From NCBI GenBank assembly GCA_009392915.1, contig CP045477.1, positions 1 to 64,000 of the forward strand: DNA of 64,000 nucleotides, read 5' to 3'. Shown here piece by piece: positions 1 through 10,273 of this stretch. The notes under the pieces were generated by a model that did not search any database, had not been told where the DNA came from, and worked only from the letters and a program-made list of their open reading frames with translations. The position numbers and the translations under genes were made by a program. Position 1 is the first letter of the stretch, and each line of letters starts with the position of its first letter. This DNA is from Candidatus Forterrea multitransposorum CG_2015-17_Forterrea_25_41. Its GTDB lineage: Archaea > Iainarchaeota > Iainarchaeia > Iainarchaeales > CSSED10-239.

Positions 1-1092
1 ATGCCAATTTCAAAAAAAAACATATTTTCAAATGTTAAAAACATAGAAGAGTCTATCTTTAAAGATGAACAAGTCTTTTATCCAGACTTTACTCCAGAAA
101 ACATTTTTTCAAGAGATTCACAAATTAAAGAACTTTCTTTTTCTTTAAAACCATTAATTTCAAATAAAAAAGCAAATAATTTTTTAATATATGGACCTCC
201 AGGAACAGGTAAAACTTTAACTTCAAGATTTGTTTTAGAAGAACTTATAAATTATTCTTTAAAAGTTAAATATCTATATGTTAATTGTATACAAGATAAT
301 ACAAGATTTTCTGTATTTTCAAGAATAGTTTCTTTCTTTGGAGGAATAATGCCAAGAAGAGGTCTTGCAGTTGATGAAATTTGGCAAAGAATTAAAGAAC
401 TTTTTTCAAAATCTTCTTTTTCACCAGTAATTATTTTAGATGAAATTGATAAACTTAAAAAAGAAGATCTTTCTGTACTTTTATATGATCTTTCAAGATT
501 TTCTTCAAATAATAAATATTTTACATTAATCTTAATTACAAACAATAAATCTTTTATTTTAGACTTAGATTCAAGAACCCAAAGCTCTTTATTTTTAAAA
601 GATTTAGAATTTAAAAAATATTCTTCTCAAGACCTAAAACTAATCTTAAAAGAAAGAGTTAATTATGGGCTTATTGAGAATGCAATTTCAGAAGATTTAA
701 TAGGGTATATTGCAGGATATGCAGCAATAAGAGATGGAGATGCAAGAATTGCTATTGATCTACTATATAAAGCTGCAAAGCAATCTGAAAGAGAGGGTAA
801 TTTGATGATCTCTAAAGAGGTTTTATTGTCTGTTTCAAACTTAATAGATTCTATTAAACTTAATGAAAAGATAGCTTCTCTTTCAAAAGAAGAATTTATG
901 TTTTTAAAATCTCTAAAAGAAGATCAAACAACAACAGAAGCATATTCTTCTTTAAAAGAAATTGCTCAAAGAACAAAAAGTAGATATCTTTTAAAATTTG
1001 AAAAATTAGGTTTTATTTCTTTTTCTCCAGTAAAAGAAGGAAAAGGTAATGTTAGAATAATATCTTTAAATTTTAATAAAGAATTATTATAA
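1..1092 (+). CDS. cdc6: Orc1/Cdc6 replication initiator AAA+ ATPase. The window starts exactly at its ATG, so it may be 5'-truncated.
   Basis: Walker A GPPGTGKT, Walker B ILDEID, and a C-terminal winged-helix region. Length and motif order are typical of archaeal Orc1/Cdc6. Confidence 0.8.
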   Translation: MPISKKNIFSNVKNIEESIFKDEQVFYPDFTPENIFSRDSQIKELSFSLKPLISNKKANNFLIYGPPGTGKTLTSRFVLEELINYSLKVKYLYVNCIQDNTRFSVFSRIVSFFGGIMPRRGLAVDEIWQRIKELFSKSSFSPVIILDEIDKLKKEDLSVLLYDLSRFSSNNKYFTLILITNNKSFILDLDSRTQSSLFLKDLEFKKYSSQDLKLILKERVNYGLIENAISEDLIGYIAGYAAIRDGDARIAIDLLYKAAKQSEREGNLMISKEVLLSVSNLIDSIKLNEKIASLSKEEFMFLKSLKEDQTTTEAYSSLKEIAQRTKSRYLLKFEKLGFISFSPVKEGKGNVRIISLNFNKELL

Positions 1093-1111
1093 AAAAACAG
1101 GTGATTAAATC

Positions 1112-1366
1112 ATGGGCTTTTTAAAAACTGATAAAAAAAAAGTAGAAGTTAAAGATGGAGATAAAGTAATTAAAGCTGCAGAAAAATTAGGTGTGCCTTT
1201 TAGTTGTAGAGAAGGTATTTGTGGTACTTGTAAAGTAAAGGTTGTAGATGGTTATGATAATTTAGCTGAAAAAACAAGTAATGAAGAATTTATGGATTTA
1301 AAAAAAAATGAAAGATTAATGTGTCAATGTAAACTTAAGTCAGGAGAAGTAAAAATTAAATTTTAA
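1112..1366 (+). CDS. Small 2Fe-2S ferredoxin-like protein
   Basis: CxxGxCGxC...C cysteine pattern (CREGICGTCKV ... MCQC) in an 84-aa protein. It sits next to the oxidoreductase operon. Confidence 0.55.
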   Translation: MGFLKTDKKKVEVKDGDKVIKAAEKLGVPFSCREGICGTCKVKVVDGYDNLAEKTSNEEFMDLKKNERLMCQCKLKSGEVKIKF

Positions 1367-2207
1367 TTATTTTTTTTAGTTTCTCTAAATTTCTTTTTCT
1401 TTTAAAAAGAGGATTTTTATTTTTTTGATAAACATTTTGCATTTCTTCAAAGGTTTTTTTCTTTTTAGAAATATAAATTATTCCTAAAGGCATTTTTTCA
1501 GTTTCTAAAGCTTTTAAAATTGCATTTTCTTTATTTTCTGGATTATAATCTTTTTCTAAATAATATGTGTTTTCTTTAAACCATTCAAAAGTATTTATTT
1601 TATTAAAAGTTACACATGGTTGAAGAATATCTACAATTGATAAGCCTTTATGATAAATTGCTTTTTGTAAGATTTCTTTTGTTTCTTTCAAGTCCCCTAT
1701 GTTTGCTCTAGCAACAAAAGATGCATCTAAAGAAATAGCTAGAGAAATTGGGTTTAAGGGCTCTAAAATAACCCCTGTTGTCTGAACTATAGTTTTCATT
1801 CCTTTTTTACTTGTAGGAGATGCTTGTCCTTTTGTTAAACCATAAATCATATTGTTGTGCACAATTATTGTAATATCTGGATTTCTTCTAATAGCATGTA
1901 AAAAATGATTTCCACCTTCTCCATACATATCTCCATCTCCACTTGTAACAATTACTTTTAAATCAGGATTAACAGCTTTAATAGCGGTTGCAGGAGGAAG
2001 TGATCTTCCGTGAAGTCCATTAAAAAAATTTGTATTAATATATTGTGGTGTTTTTGCCGCTTGTCCTATTCCTGAAACTAAAACTATATTTTCTGGTTTT
2101 AGTTTGGTTTCTTCTAGTACTTTTTTTAAAACTAAGTGTATTCCAAAATTTCCACATCCAGGGCACCATGCAATTTCTGTTTGGTTTGAAAAATCTATTT
2201 TGTTCAT
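1356..2207 (-). CDS. porB: 2-oxoacid(pyruvate):ferredoxin oxidoreductase beta subunit (TPP-binding)
   Basis: N-terminal CPGCGNFGI motif and a GDG TPP-binding region. It lies immediately downstream of the alpha-type gene on the same strand. Confidence 0.8.
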   Translation of the reverse strand: MNKIDFSNQTEIAWCPGCGNFGIHLVLKKVLEETKLKPENIVLVSGIGQAAKTPQYINTNFFNGLHGRSLPPATAIKAVNPDLKVIVTSGDGDMYGEGGNHFLHAIRRNPDITIIVHNNMIYGLTKGQASPTSKKGMKTIVQTTGVILEPLNPISLAISLDASFVARANIGDLKETKEILQKAIYHKGLSIVDILQPCVTFNKINTFEWFKENTYYLEKDYNPENKENAILKALETEKMPLGIIYISKKKKTFEEMQNVYQKNKNPLFKRKRNLEKLKKIIKI

Positions 2208-2210
2208 ATT

Positions 2211-5093
2211 TTAATCTAACCTCTCTGTTATTTCTTGCATGACCTCTTCTACAAAGAATTGCAATCCATTATATTTTAATATTTTAATAACTTCTTTATT
2301 TGTTTCTTTTTTAATAAGTTCTGCAAATTGCCCTGTTGCATTTCCTTCAATAACTATTATTTTTTTTGCAGATTTAAGTAAGTCTTTTGTTCCAGGATAA
2401 ATTGGATATAATTGTTCATAATGAAGATATTTTATTTTTTTATTATCTATTTTTTCAACAGCTTCTTTAATTGTTTCAAAAGTACTTCCCCATCCAATAA
2501 TAATTATTTCATTACCTTTTCCAATAATTGTTGGCTTTAAACTTTCAAAAGTTATATCTTCTATTCTTTTTAATCTTTTTTTAACCATTTTAATTCTTAA
2601 AGAAAAATCTTCTGTAATATGTCCTGTTTGGTCATGTTCGTCACTATCCACACAAACTAAACCTTTTCCAAAGCCAGGGATTGCTCTAGGGGAAATTCCA
2701 CTTTCTGTAAAAGCATATCTTTGATAATCTTTTTTACTTTCTATAATATATTTTTCTTTATCTTCTTTTATTTCTATTTTTTCAAAAGGATAAAGATTTT
2801 CCATAAAATATTGATCTGTTAATATAAAAACAGGAATTTGGTATTTTTGAGAATCAATAAAAGCTTTGTTTGTAATCTCTACAGCACTTTTTAAATTTTT
2901 AGGAGCATATACAATTCTTGCAAATTCTCCATGTCCAGCGTGCATAACTAAATTTAAATCTTCTTGAGCTGTTCTTGTTGGAAGTCCAGTTGCAGGTCCT
3001 GGTCTTTGAGCTACATGTATGACTAATGGAGTTTCTATCATTCCTGCAAGGCTTACACCTTCACACATAAGTGCAAATCCTCCACCAGATGTGTTTGTAA
3101 GTGATCTTGCACCTGCAAAAGATGCTCCTAAACACATGTTTATTGCTGAAATTTCATCTTCTGCTTGTTCTACAATAATATCAAAATTTTCTCTTAATTT
3201 TGCTAGATTTTGTAAAACACCTGTTGATGGTGACATTGGGTATGCTGATATAAAATCACACCCTCCAGCAATTGCTCCGTATGCTATTGCTTGAGCACCT
3301 GTAAATAAATTATTTAATTTTATTTGTTTATTTTTTTTAATTTTTGGTAAATTTTTAACTATTTTTAAAATTTCTTTTCCTTTTAAAATACCTTTTTCTG
3401 CTGCTTGAATATTTTTTAAAACAATTTCTTTTCCTTTTTTTGAAAAACTTTCTTTTAGTTGTTTTATAAAATATTTTTTATTAATATTTAGTATTCCTAA
3501 AAGAGTTCCTGTTGCAACAGTGTTTGCAAAAACTTTATTTCCTATTTTTTCTGCAATTTCTTTAAAGGAAACATCAATTGTTTTATTTTTAAGCCCTAAT
3601 TTTCTAACTTCTTCTTTATTTCCAATAATAATTGTATTTTCATCAATTCTTTCTTTTAAATGTTCTATAGTATTTTTATCTAAAGCAAGTAAAATATCTA
3701 TTTTTTTTAAATTTCCTCTTCTTTCTTTTTCTGTAAGTCTAATAGATATGGTGTTAACTCCTCCTCTAACTCTTGACATATATTCAGAGTTTGAAGAAAA
3801 GTAAAAACCTTCTTCTTTAAGTATTTTAAGTAAAACATTTTGAACAGATACAAGACCTTGGCCTGCTTCTCCAGAAAGTACAATTGATAATTCTTTTTCA
3901 TCTATTTTTTTATTTTTAATTTCTTTTTTAAAAAGTTCTTTTGTTTTTTCAGTAATTATCTTTGAAAATTCATTTAATTTTTTAAAGTTTTCTTTTTTAG
4001 GAATTCCTGTTGAAATTTCTCCTAAAATAACTTCTGCTTCAAAATTATTTGTAATATTTTCAAATTCTTTAAAGGCTTCCCCACCCCATTCTTTAGATCC
4101 AATAAATCCAATAATTTTTGTTTTTGGTTTTAATTTATTTAAAGTACTAACTGTTGTTGAAACAATAGGGTGAAGCCCACCTAAAAAAGTAGGAGATGCT
4201 ATAATTAAAGTTGACGCATCTACCATTTCAATTGCAAGTTGTCCTATCTCTGTAGTTGTAAGATTATATTCTTTAACTTTATTGCCTTGGTTAATAAGTT
4301 TAGAAGTTAAATATTCAACCATTTTTTTTGTACTTCCGTGCATAGAAGTATACCCAATAATTATTTTTGGTTTGGTTTCTTTTTTTGACCAATTATAGTA
4401 TTTATCAATTATCCAATCAACATCTTGGTATATTTTTCCATGACTTGGAGCTATTATTTTTGGATTATATTCTTTTATTTTTTCTAAGTTTTTAAGAATA
4501 TAATTTCTAAAAGGCATCATTATTTCTGCATAATATCTTTTAGCAGGTAATTCTATTTCTTTTGTATCTTTAACAAATAATTCGCTTGTTGCAAGATGTG
4601 CTCCAAAAAAATCACAAGAAAACAAAATTTTATCTTCTTTTAAAAAAGTAGACATAGTTTCTGGCCAATGAACCCAAGGAGTATAAATAAATTTTAAGGT
4701 TTTATCTCCTAAGCTAATTTCTTCTAAGTCTTTAATAACTTGTATTCTTTTTTCCTCAATTACCATTTCATCTAAAAGTATTTTTTTACAAAGAGGATTA
4801 CAAATTAATTTTGCTTTTGGAAATTTATTTAAAATTATAGGTATTGATCCAGAGTGATCTTGTTCTGCATGATTAGATATAATATAATCTATATTTTTAA
4901 TATTTAATTTTTCTAAGTTTAAAATAAGTTCTTCTGTTTTTGTAATGTCAACAGTGTCTATTAAAGCTGTTTTTTTAGATCCAATTATTAAGTATGAATT
5001 GTAGCTAGTTCCATCTGGAAGATAGATTAGTTCATCAAAAAGCTTTCTATCCCAATCAATGGCTCCAACTGAATATATGTTTTTCTTAATCAT
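2211..5093 (-). CDS. Fusion protein: flavodiiron protein (metallo-beta-lactamase + flavodoxin) fused to 2-oxoacid:ferredoxin oxidoreductase gamma-alpha
   Basis: The N-terminal ~400 aa have the HAEQDH di-iron motif of the MBL fold and a flavodoxin segment (IIGYTSMHGSTKKM). The middle part is PorG-like (LSGEAGQG). The C-terminal ~390 aa are PorA-like (GAQAIAYGAIAGGCDFISAYPMSP). It is a single uninterrupted 960-aa ORF. Confidence 0.7.
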   Translation of the reverse strand: MIKKNIYSVGAIDWDRKLFDELIYLPDGTSYNSYLIIGSKKTALIDTVDITKTEELILNLEKLNIKNIDYIISNHAEQDHSGSIPIILNKFPKAKLICNPLCKKILLDEMVIEEKRIQVIKDLEEISLGDKTLKFIYTPWVHWPETMSTFLKEDKILFSCDFFGAHLATSELFVKDTKEIELPAKRYYAEIMMPFRNYILKNLEKIKEYNPKIIAPSHGKIYQDVDWIIDKYYNWSKKETKPKIIIGYTSMHGSTKKMVEYLTSKLINQGNKVKEYNLTTTEIGQLAIEMVDASTLIIASPTFLGGLHPIVSTTVSTLNKLKPKTKIIGFIGSKEWGGEAFKEFENITNNFEAEVILGEISTGIPKKENFKKLNEFSKIITEKTKELFKKEIKNKKIDEKELSIVLSGEAGQGLVSVQNVLLKILKEEGFYFSSNSEYMSRVRGGVNTISIRLTEKERRGNLKKIDILLALDKNTIEHLKERIDENTIIIGNKEEVRKLGLKNKTIDVSFKEIAEKIGNKVFANTVATGTLLGILNINKKYFIKQLKESFSKKGKEIVLKNIQAAEKGILKGKEILKIVKNLPKIKKNKQIKLNNLFTGAQAIAYGAIAGGCDFISAYPMSPSTGVLQNLAKLRENFDIIVEQAEDEISAINMCLGASFAGARSLTNTSGGGFALMCEGVSLAGMIETPLVIHVAQRPGPATGLPTRTAQEDLNLVMHAGHGEFARIVYAPKNLKSAVEITNKAFIDSQKYQIPVFILTDQYFMENLYPFEKIEIKEDKEKYIIESKKDYQRYAFTESGISPRAIPGFGKGLVCVDSDEHDQTGHITEDFSLRIKMVKKRLKRIEDITFESLKPTIIGKGNEIIIIGWGSTFETIKEAVEKIDNKKIKYLHYEQLYPIYPGTKDLLKSAKKIIVIEGNATGQFAELIKKETNKEVIKILKYNGLQFFVEEVMQEITERLD

Positions 5094-5159
5094 TCTAGAG
5101 TCTATATATAAAACACCTCATAATAAAAAAAAGAAAAATAGTTTTTTTAAAATAAAAAA

Positions 5160-5912
5160 CTATTCTTGGTCAACTCTTGGTGCTAAGAAATATCTAATAG
5201 CAGAAGAGCCGATTGTGTAATTAATTTCAAGTGGCATATCGTCTTTAAGTTTTAAAGTGATTATGCTTTTTGCATTCTTAATCATATTTTGTAAATAGTC
5301 TAAAGTATACATTGCTTTTGCTTTGCTTCCTGAAATTAAAAGATTATTATCATTTGCTTCAATCTCTTGTTTGAATTTCCCTTTACTACTTTGTGTTTCT
5401 AAATAAAATTTATTATTTTCAACTTTTAAAGTGATATGGGAGCTAAAAAGACTTGCATCTTTTAAACCTGCAAGTAATTGATCAGAAGAGATTTGAACTG
5501 TTACATCAAATTGTATTTTAGGAAGAGGTTGTTCTTGTTCTGATACATCTATTAAAGGGATATGGAAGCTTCTTTTTGATTTTCCAATAAGTTCTATTAA
5601 GATAAATGATTTATCATCTTTAATTTCTAAACTTAATTTATCGTCACTTGATGAGTGGTTTAAGATTTGTAAGAAATTATTTATATTTATTCCAAAAGCA
5701 ATATTTTTTTCATCATCTTTAATATCTACTAAAAATTCTTCAAATGAATCTTTTGGCATTACAAAATCAACTAAACTTATTTGTCCAGGATCTGTTGCTC
5801 TTAAAAACATTTTTTCACTATCGATTGTAAATAAACCTTCGTTTATTAATACTCCAATAGCATCCATACTTTTTTGGAATTCTTTTACATCTTTTATTAT
5901 TAATTTAATCAT
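5160..5912 (-). CDS. pcn: DNA polymerase sliding clamp PCNA
   Basis: 250 aa, with a PCNA-like N-terminus (MIKLIIKDVKEFQKSMDAIGVLINEG...) and two-domain organisation. Confidence 0.75.
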   Translation of the reverse strand: MIKLIIKDVKEFQKSMDAIGVLINEGLFTIDSEKMFLRATDPGQISLVDFVMPKDSFEEFLVDIKDDEKNIAFGININNFLQILNHSSSDDKLSLEIKDDKSFILIELIGKSKRSFHIPLIDVSEQEQPLPKIQFDVTVQISSDQLLAGLKDASLFSSHITLKVENNKFYLETQSSKGKFKQEIEANDNNLLISGSKAKAMYTLDYLQNMIKNAKSIITLKLKDDMPLEINYTIGSSAIRYFLAPRVDQE

Positions 5913-5976
5913 CTTTAAATCTCCCCCTTAGCTAATATATTATATAAGCGATAATATTAAAATACTAATCATTTGT

Positions 5977-6495
5977 TTATAAAACTAATAATACATAAAC
6001 CCAACCTAATATTAAAACTACTCTTATTAAAAAAGATTGATCTAATACTTTAAATAACCAAGAAAGTATTAAAATTAGAATAGTTAAAGGAAGTAGTAAT
6101 ATCTTATAAAACCACTTAAACAAAGATTGTTTCAATCTGTAGCTTTTTTTTACAGAATCAAAAATGTTATTTGCATCTTGTCTTGAAGGTATTGAAAAGA
6201 AAAGCGCTGATATTGAAACCCATATAATTAATAATTTATAAATTAAAATCATTTCTTTTTTTAAAAGCAAAATTCCTATTATGGCTATTGCAATATTAAA
6301 AAAGAACGGAAATATAGAAATTATTATATTTTTATAAGATCTAGATTCATCATGAACTACATAACCATCTGAAAAACTAAATAATTTAATTTTTCTAATC
6401 CTTACTCCTAAAATAATACATGCAAATGCATGTGCAAGTTCATGGATAGTAATTCCAATAAATAATATTTTGGAAATAAAAACATTAAGGTTCAT
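5977..6495 (-). CDS. Small polytopic membrane protein with an HExxH motif, a putative membrane metalloprotease-like protein
   Basis: HELAH motif within a transmembrane helix and several hydrophobic segments. Confidence 0.35.
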   Translation of the reverse strand: MNLNVFISKILFIGITIHELAHAFACIILGVRIRKIKLFSFSDGYVVHDESRSYKNIIISIFPFFFNIAIAIIGILLLKKEMILIYKLLIIWVSISALFFSIPSRQDANNIFDSVKKSYRLKQSLFKWFYKILLLPLTILILILSWLFKVLDQSFLIRVVLILGWVYVLLVL

Positions 6496-6497
6496 AA

Positions 6498-6887
6498 TTA
6501 TTTTTTCTCAATATATATTTTTTTATTTTCTTTTCTAAAGAGGATTGTTTCTTTTTTAATTTCTCTAAAATCTACTTTAATTTCAATATTACTTTCTAAA
6601 AAATATTCTTTTTCTTCATTTGATATTTTATATTTTGAATCTATTTTTTCAATAGTCCATGTCTTTTTAGGTAATGCTTGAATCTCTTCAGAATAATTTT
6701 CTAATATTTCAGAAATATCTATATTTCCTTGTAATTTTTCAGAAAAACTTTTAATCTCTCTATTATCTATTATTTGCATATTTTTAGAATAAAGAGAGGT
6801 TGCTTGAATAATAATTAAGGAAAGCACAACTACAATAGAAAGCGATATTAAGATATACTCTAAACTAACTTGTGCTTTTTCATTCAC
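6498..6887 (-). CDS. Type IV pilin-like protein with a class III signal peptide
   Basis: The N-terminus MNEKAQVSLEYILISLSIVVVL is typical of archaeal prepilin/archaellin-like class III signal sequences. Confidence 0.45.
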   Translation of the reverse strand: MNEKAQVSLEYILISLSIVVVLSLIIIQATSLYSKNMQIIDNREIKSFSEKLQGNIDISEILENYSEEIQALPKKTWTIEKIDSKYKISNEEKEYFLESNIEIKVDFREIKKETILFRKENKKIYIEKK

Positions 6888-6901
6888 AGTTAATTTTTCC
6901 T

Positions 6902-7093
6902 TTAGTCTATTTTTTCTATTTGTTTAAACACATCATCTGCTTTGTCATCAACAGTTTTATTTGCTTTAGTTGTTGTTTTTTGTAACTGTGTTACAACTAC
7001 TAAAACTATAGCGATTATTGCAGCTATTAAAATTATCATTTCAGCAGAAATTTGTGCTTTTTGATCTTTAAATAAATATTTTAATTTATTCAT
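6902..7093 (-). CDS. Small type IV pilin-like protein with a class III signal peptide
   Basis: The N-terminus KAQISAEMIILIAAIIAIVLVVV is pilin-like, in a 63-aa protein. Confidence 0.45.
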   Translation of the reverse strand: MNKLKYLFKDQKAQISAEMIILIAAIIAIVLVVVTQLQKTTTKANKTVDDKADDVFKQIEKID

Positions 7094-7169
7094 AATTCTT
7101 CAAATAATTTATTGGTTATAAGATTATTTAAACCTTTTGTTCTTTATTTTTATTAAATATAATTAATAA

Positions 7170-7919
7170 ATGATTATCATGCAAAGATTAATAATTGTAA
7201 CTGGTGCAACTGGTGATTTAGGTAAAGAATATGTGAAAGTTTATTCCAAATTATCAGAAAATAAAGTTTATGCTATTTCAAGGCGAAAAGAAGACTTTCC
7301 AATAGAAGGTGTAATTTATCTTAATTGTGATTTAGAAAATAAAGATATAACTTTAAATGAAATTAATAAAATTTCTTTAGAGCACACCACTGAAATAGTA
7401 TTTATTCATCCTGTTGGAAAATTTAAGTTTGAAGAAAATGGAGACTTAATAAATAGTATTGATCAAGAAATATTTAAATCTAATTTAGATAGTTTTCATA
7501 ATGTTTTAAACCCTTTATTATTATTAAGAAAAGATAAAAATATTTTAATTAAATTAATTGCTTTTGGATCTTTAAGTGATTCTTTTAATGTACCTTGGTG
7601 GATTTCTTATAGTAAATCAAAACTTGCACTGAGAGCTGATATGAAGTCAATTTCTTTTTCTAAAAAAAATATTTGTTCTCTTTTTTTAAATTTAAGTAGT
7701 GTGAAAACTTTTAATGAACATAAAACAAGACCTTTTGCAGAAACTTCTTTTTGGCTTTCAGTTGATGAAATTGTAAAGAGATCTTTATCTATAATTGATT
7801 CTTTAAAAGAAAAATATACTGAAATTAATTTATATAATAATTCTCCTGAATATTATGAAGGTTATTACAAAGATTTTAATTTTTTAAAAGAAAAATGGTT
7901 AAAAGAAATGAAGGGCTAG
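7170..7919 (+). CDS. Rossmann-fold short-chain dehydrogenase/reductase-like protein
   Basis: N-terminal VTGATGDLGKEY dinucleotide-binding motif. Confidence 0.4.
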   Translation: MIIMQRLIIVTGATGDLGKEYVKVYSKLSENKVYAISRRKEDFPIEGVIYLNCDLENKDITLNEINKISLEHTTEIVFIHPVGKFKFEENGDLINSIDQEIFKSNLDSFHNVLNPLLLLRKDKNILIKLIAFGSLSDSFNVPWWISYSKSKLALRADMKSISFSKKNICSLFLNLSSVKTFNEHKTRPFAETSFWLSVDEIVKRSLSIIDSLKEKYTEINLYNNSPEYYEGYYKDFNFLKEKWLKEMKG

Positions 7920-7934
7920 AAGTCTTCTTTTTAT

Positions 7935-10253
7935 TTGTTTTTATCTATAATATATATATTTATGATTAAATCAATATATCTTGAAAATTGGAAAACCCAC
8001 CTTGATTCTAAGCTTTCCTTTCAAAAAGGAACAAACATACTCTTAGGTGTAATTGGTTCTGGAAAATCAAGTGTTGTTGATGCTATTTGTTATGCTTTAT
8101 ATGGTACATTTCCAACACTTTCAAACAGGAAAATAACTTTAGATGAAACTATAATGTTTAAACCTGTACAAAAAGAAAGTTTTAAGGTTATTTTAGAGCT
8201 TGTTCAAGAAAATAAATTATATTTAATAGAAAGAGAAGTATTTTCTGGAAATAAATCAAACTCTGCAAAAGTATATCTTGAAGGAAAGTTATTGGCTGGT
8301 CCTAAAAAAAGTGATGTTGATGAATTTATTTCAAAACTTTTAGGTATTGATTATAATCTTTTTATAAAAGTTGTATATTCTCAACAAAATGAAATTGATT
8401 ATTTTTTAAAAATAGCTCCTTCTAAAAGAAAAGAACAGTTTGATGATCTTTTTGGTATATCTCATTTTGAAAATATTAAAGTTTCAACAAGAGAAATTGA
8501 TAGACTTTTAAATCATGAAATTGATAAAAATGAACTTTTATTAAAACAAATAACTACTCAAATTTCAAATTATAATATAGAAGAACTTTTAGAAAAAGAA
8601 AAAGAAATAGCTGAAAAAATAACTTCTCTTGAAAAAGAAATTTTAGAAAAAGAAGTAAAAACTTTTTCTTTAAGTAAAGTAATTTCTGAAAAGAAGCTAG
8701 TTAAAGAAAAGCATGAATCCTTAACTTCTCAAATATCTTTATTTTCGTCCAGGCTTGAAGACTTTAATAAAGAATATACCTCTCTTTTAGAAAAAACTAA
8801 TCTTTCTTCTAAAGAAGAACTTGATCTCTTTGAAAAAGAGGTTTTTAAGAAAGAAAAATTCTTTAAAGAAAAACAAAATAAAAACAAAGAAACTGAGATT
8901 TTAAAAAAATCTTTAGATAACAAAATTTCTTTTTATGAAAATAATATTTTTCAAAACCAAGAAAGGATAAAAGAGCTTCTTTTAAAAATAGAAAAAGAAG
9001 AATTAACTATTCCTTTAATAGAGGAAAAGAAAAAATATCTTTTAGAAGAAATTGATTCTCTTAATATTTTAAAAATATCTTTACTTTCAAAACAAAAAGA
9101 TTTAGAAAAATCTTTTTATGAAATTTCTAAAGGCTTTTCAAACTGTCCTGTCTGTCAAACCCCTTTTACTGCAGATAAATTAACTGAAACTAAAGAGCAT
9201 ATAGATAAAGAGCTTTCAAGTCTATCTTTAAACCTAAAGGATTATTTAGAAAAAATAAAAGAAAAAGAAGATTTATTAAATCTGTTAAAAATAAAAGAAA
9301 AAACTTTAGAAAGAAATTTCTTAATTGAAAAACAAATTGAACAATTAAACAAAATAATTCTAGAAAATACTTATTTAAAAGAAAATGCCTTAACTGAAAT
9401 TAATTCTTTAGAAAAAATAGATGACTTGTCTGCTTTAGAAAAAGAAATTTTAAAAATAAAAGAGAGTCTTTCTCTTAAAAAAGAACTTTTAAAAATATCT
9501 GAAAAAATAAAAGAATACACCGAAAAAACAAAATTACAAAAAGAAGAGCTTTCAAAAATAAATTTTTCTCAAGAAGAATATCTAAATCTTTTAACAGATT
9601 ATAAAGGCTTAGAAAATAATTTCCTGCAAATAAAAGAATCCTTAACAAACTATAAATCCTTAAAAGAAAATTTAAAAAAACAATTAGAAAACCTAACCTC
9701 TCTTTCAAAACAAAAAGAAGAAGTAAGCCTTTCTTTTACAAAAATAAATAATAAAAAACAAGATCTTTCTTATTTTTTAAAAGCAATTGATAATAGCCAA
9801 CTACAGTTAAGAAAAGTTTTAATAGATAACATAAATCAAGCTCTTTCAATCATCTGGCCAAAAGTATATCCTTACAAAGATTATTTATCAGCAAGATTAA
9901 ATGCAGATAATGATTATATCTTAGAGGTCTTAACTTTAAAAAATAACTGGATAAGGGTTGAAGGTTTATTAAGTGGAGGAGAGAGGGCTTGTGCTTCACT
10001 TTCCATAAGGATTGCAATTTCTTTGATTCTTACAAAGAAATTAGGCCTTTTAATTCTTGATGAACCAACACATAATTTAGATGAAAAATCAATAGAGGCT
10101 TTATCAAATGTCTTAGAGGAAGAGCTTCCTGATCTTGTTGAGCAAATATTTATTGTGACTCATGATAATAAGCTTCTTGAAACAGTAAATGCAACTAAGT
10201 TTATAATAGAGAGAGATAAAGAAAACGATTCTGCTTCAAGAGTTAATTTTTAA
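7935..10253 (+). CDS. rad50: DNA double-strand break repair ATPase Rad50 (SMC-like)
   Basis: N-terminal Walker A (GVIGSGKSS), long coiled-coils, a central zinc hook CPVCQ, a C-terminal signature LSGGER, and Walker B LLILDEPT with D-loop. Confidence 0.85.
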   Translation: MFLSIIYIFMIKSIYLENWKTHLDSKLSFQKGTNILLGVIGSGKSSVVDAICYALYGTFPTLSNRKITLDETIMFKPVQKESFKVILELVQENKLYLIEREVFSGNKSNSAKVYLEGKLLAGPKKSDVDEFISKLLGIDYNLFIKVVYSQQNEIDYFLKIAPSKRKEQFDDLFGISHFENIKVSTREIDRLLNHEIDKNELLLKQITTQISNYNIEELLEKEKEIAEKITSLEKEILEKEVKTFSLSKVISEKKLVKEKHESLTSQISLFSSRLEDFNKEYTSLLEKTNLSSKEELDLFEKEVFKKEKFFKEKQNKNKETEILKKSLDNKISFYENNIFQNQERIKELLLKIEKEELTIPLIEEKKKYLLEEIDSLNILKISLLSKQKDLEKSFYEISKGFSNCPVCQTPFTADKLTETKEHIDKELSSLSLNLKDYLEKIKEKEDLLNLLKIKEKTLERNFLIEKQIEQLNKIILENTYLKENALTEINSLEKIDDLSALEKEILKIKESLSLKKELLKISEKIKEYTEKTKLQKEELSKINFSQEEYLNLLTDYKGLENNFLQIKESLTNYKSLKENLKKQLENLTSLSKQKEEVSLSFTKINNKKQDLSYFLKAIDNSQLQLRKVLIDNINQALSIIWPKVYPYKDYLSARLNADNDYILEVLTLKNNWIRVEGLLSGGERACASLSIRIAISLILTKKLGLLILDEPTHNLDEKSIEALSNVLEEELPDLVEQIFIVTHDNKLLETVNATKFIIERDKENDSASRVNF

Positions 10254-10273
10254 ACTTTTTATTAAAAATAACC

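Noticed and set aside
252-545. 97-aa minus-strand ORF inside cdc6
   Set aside because: Antisense shadow ORF within a well-supported gene. The same reasoning applies to the other short internal ORFs in the track (2045-2242, 3019-3294, 3520-3804, 3707-3901, 8729-8923, 9475-9708, 10515-10700, 13375-13560, 14402-14590, 21227-21433, 21991-22188, 22092-22343, 24409-24657, 24785-24979, 27838-28068, 39176-39382, 42366-42572, 46858-47073, 48685-48882, 50947-51267, 56023-56232, 56346-56537, 57419-57751, 58091-58315, 61338-61520, 63737-63940).
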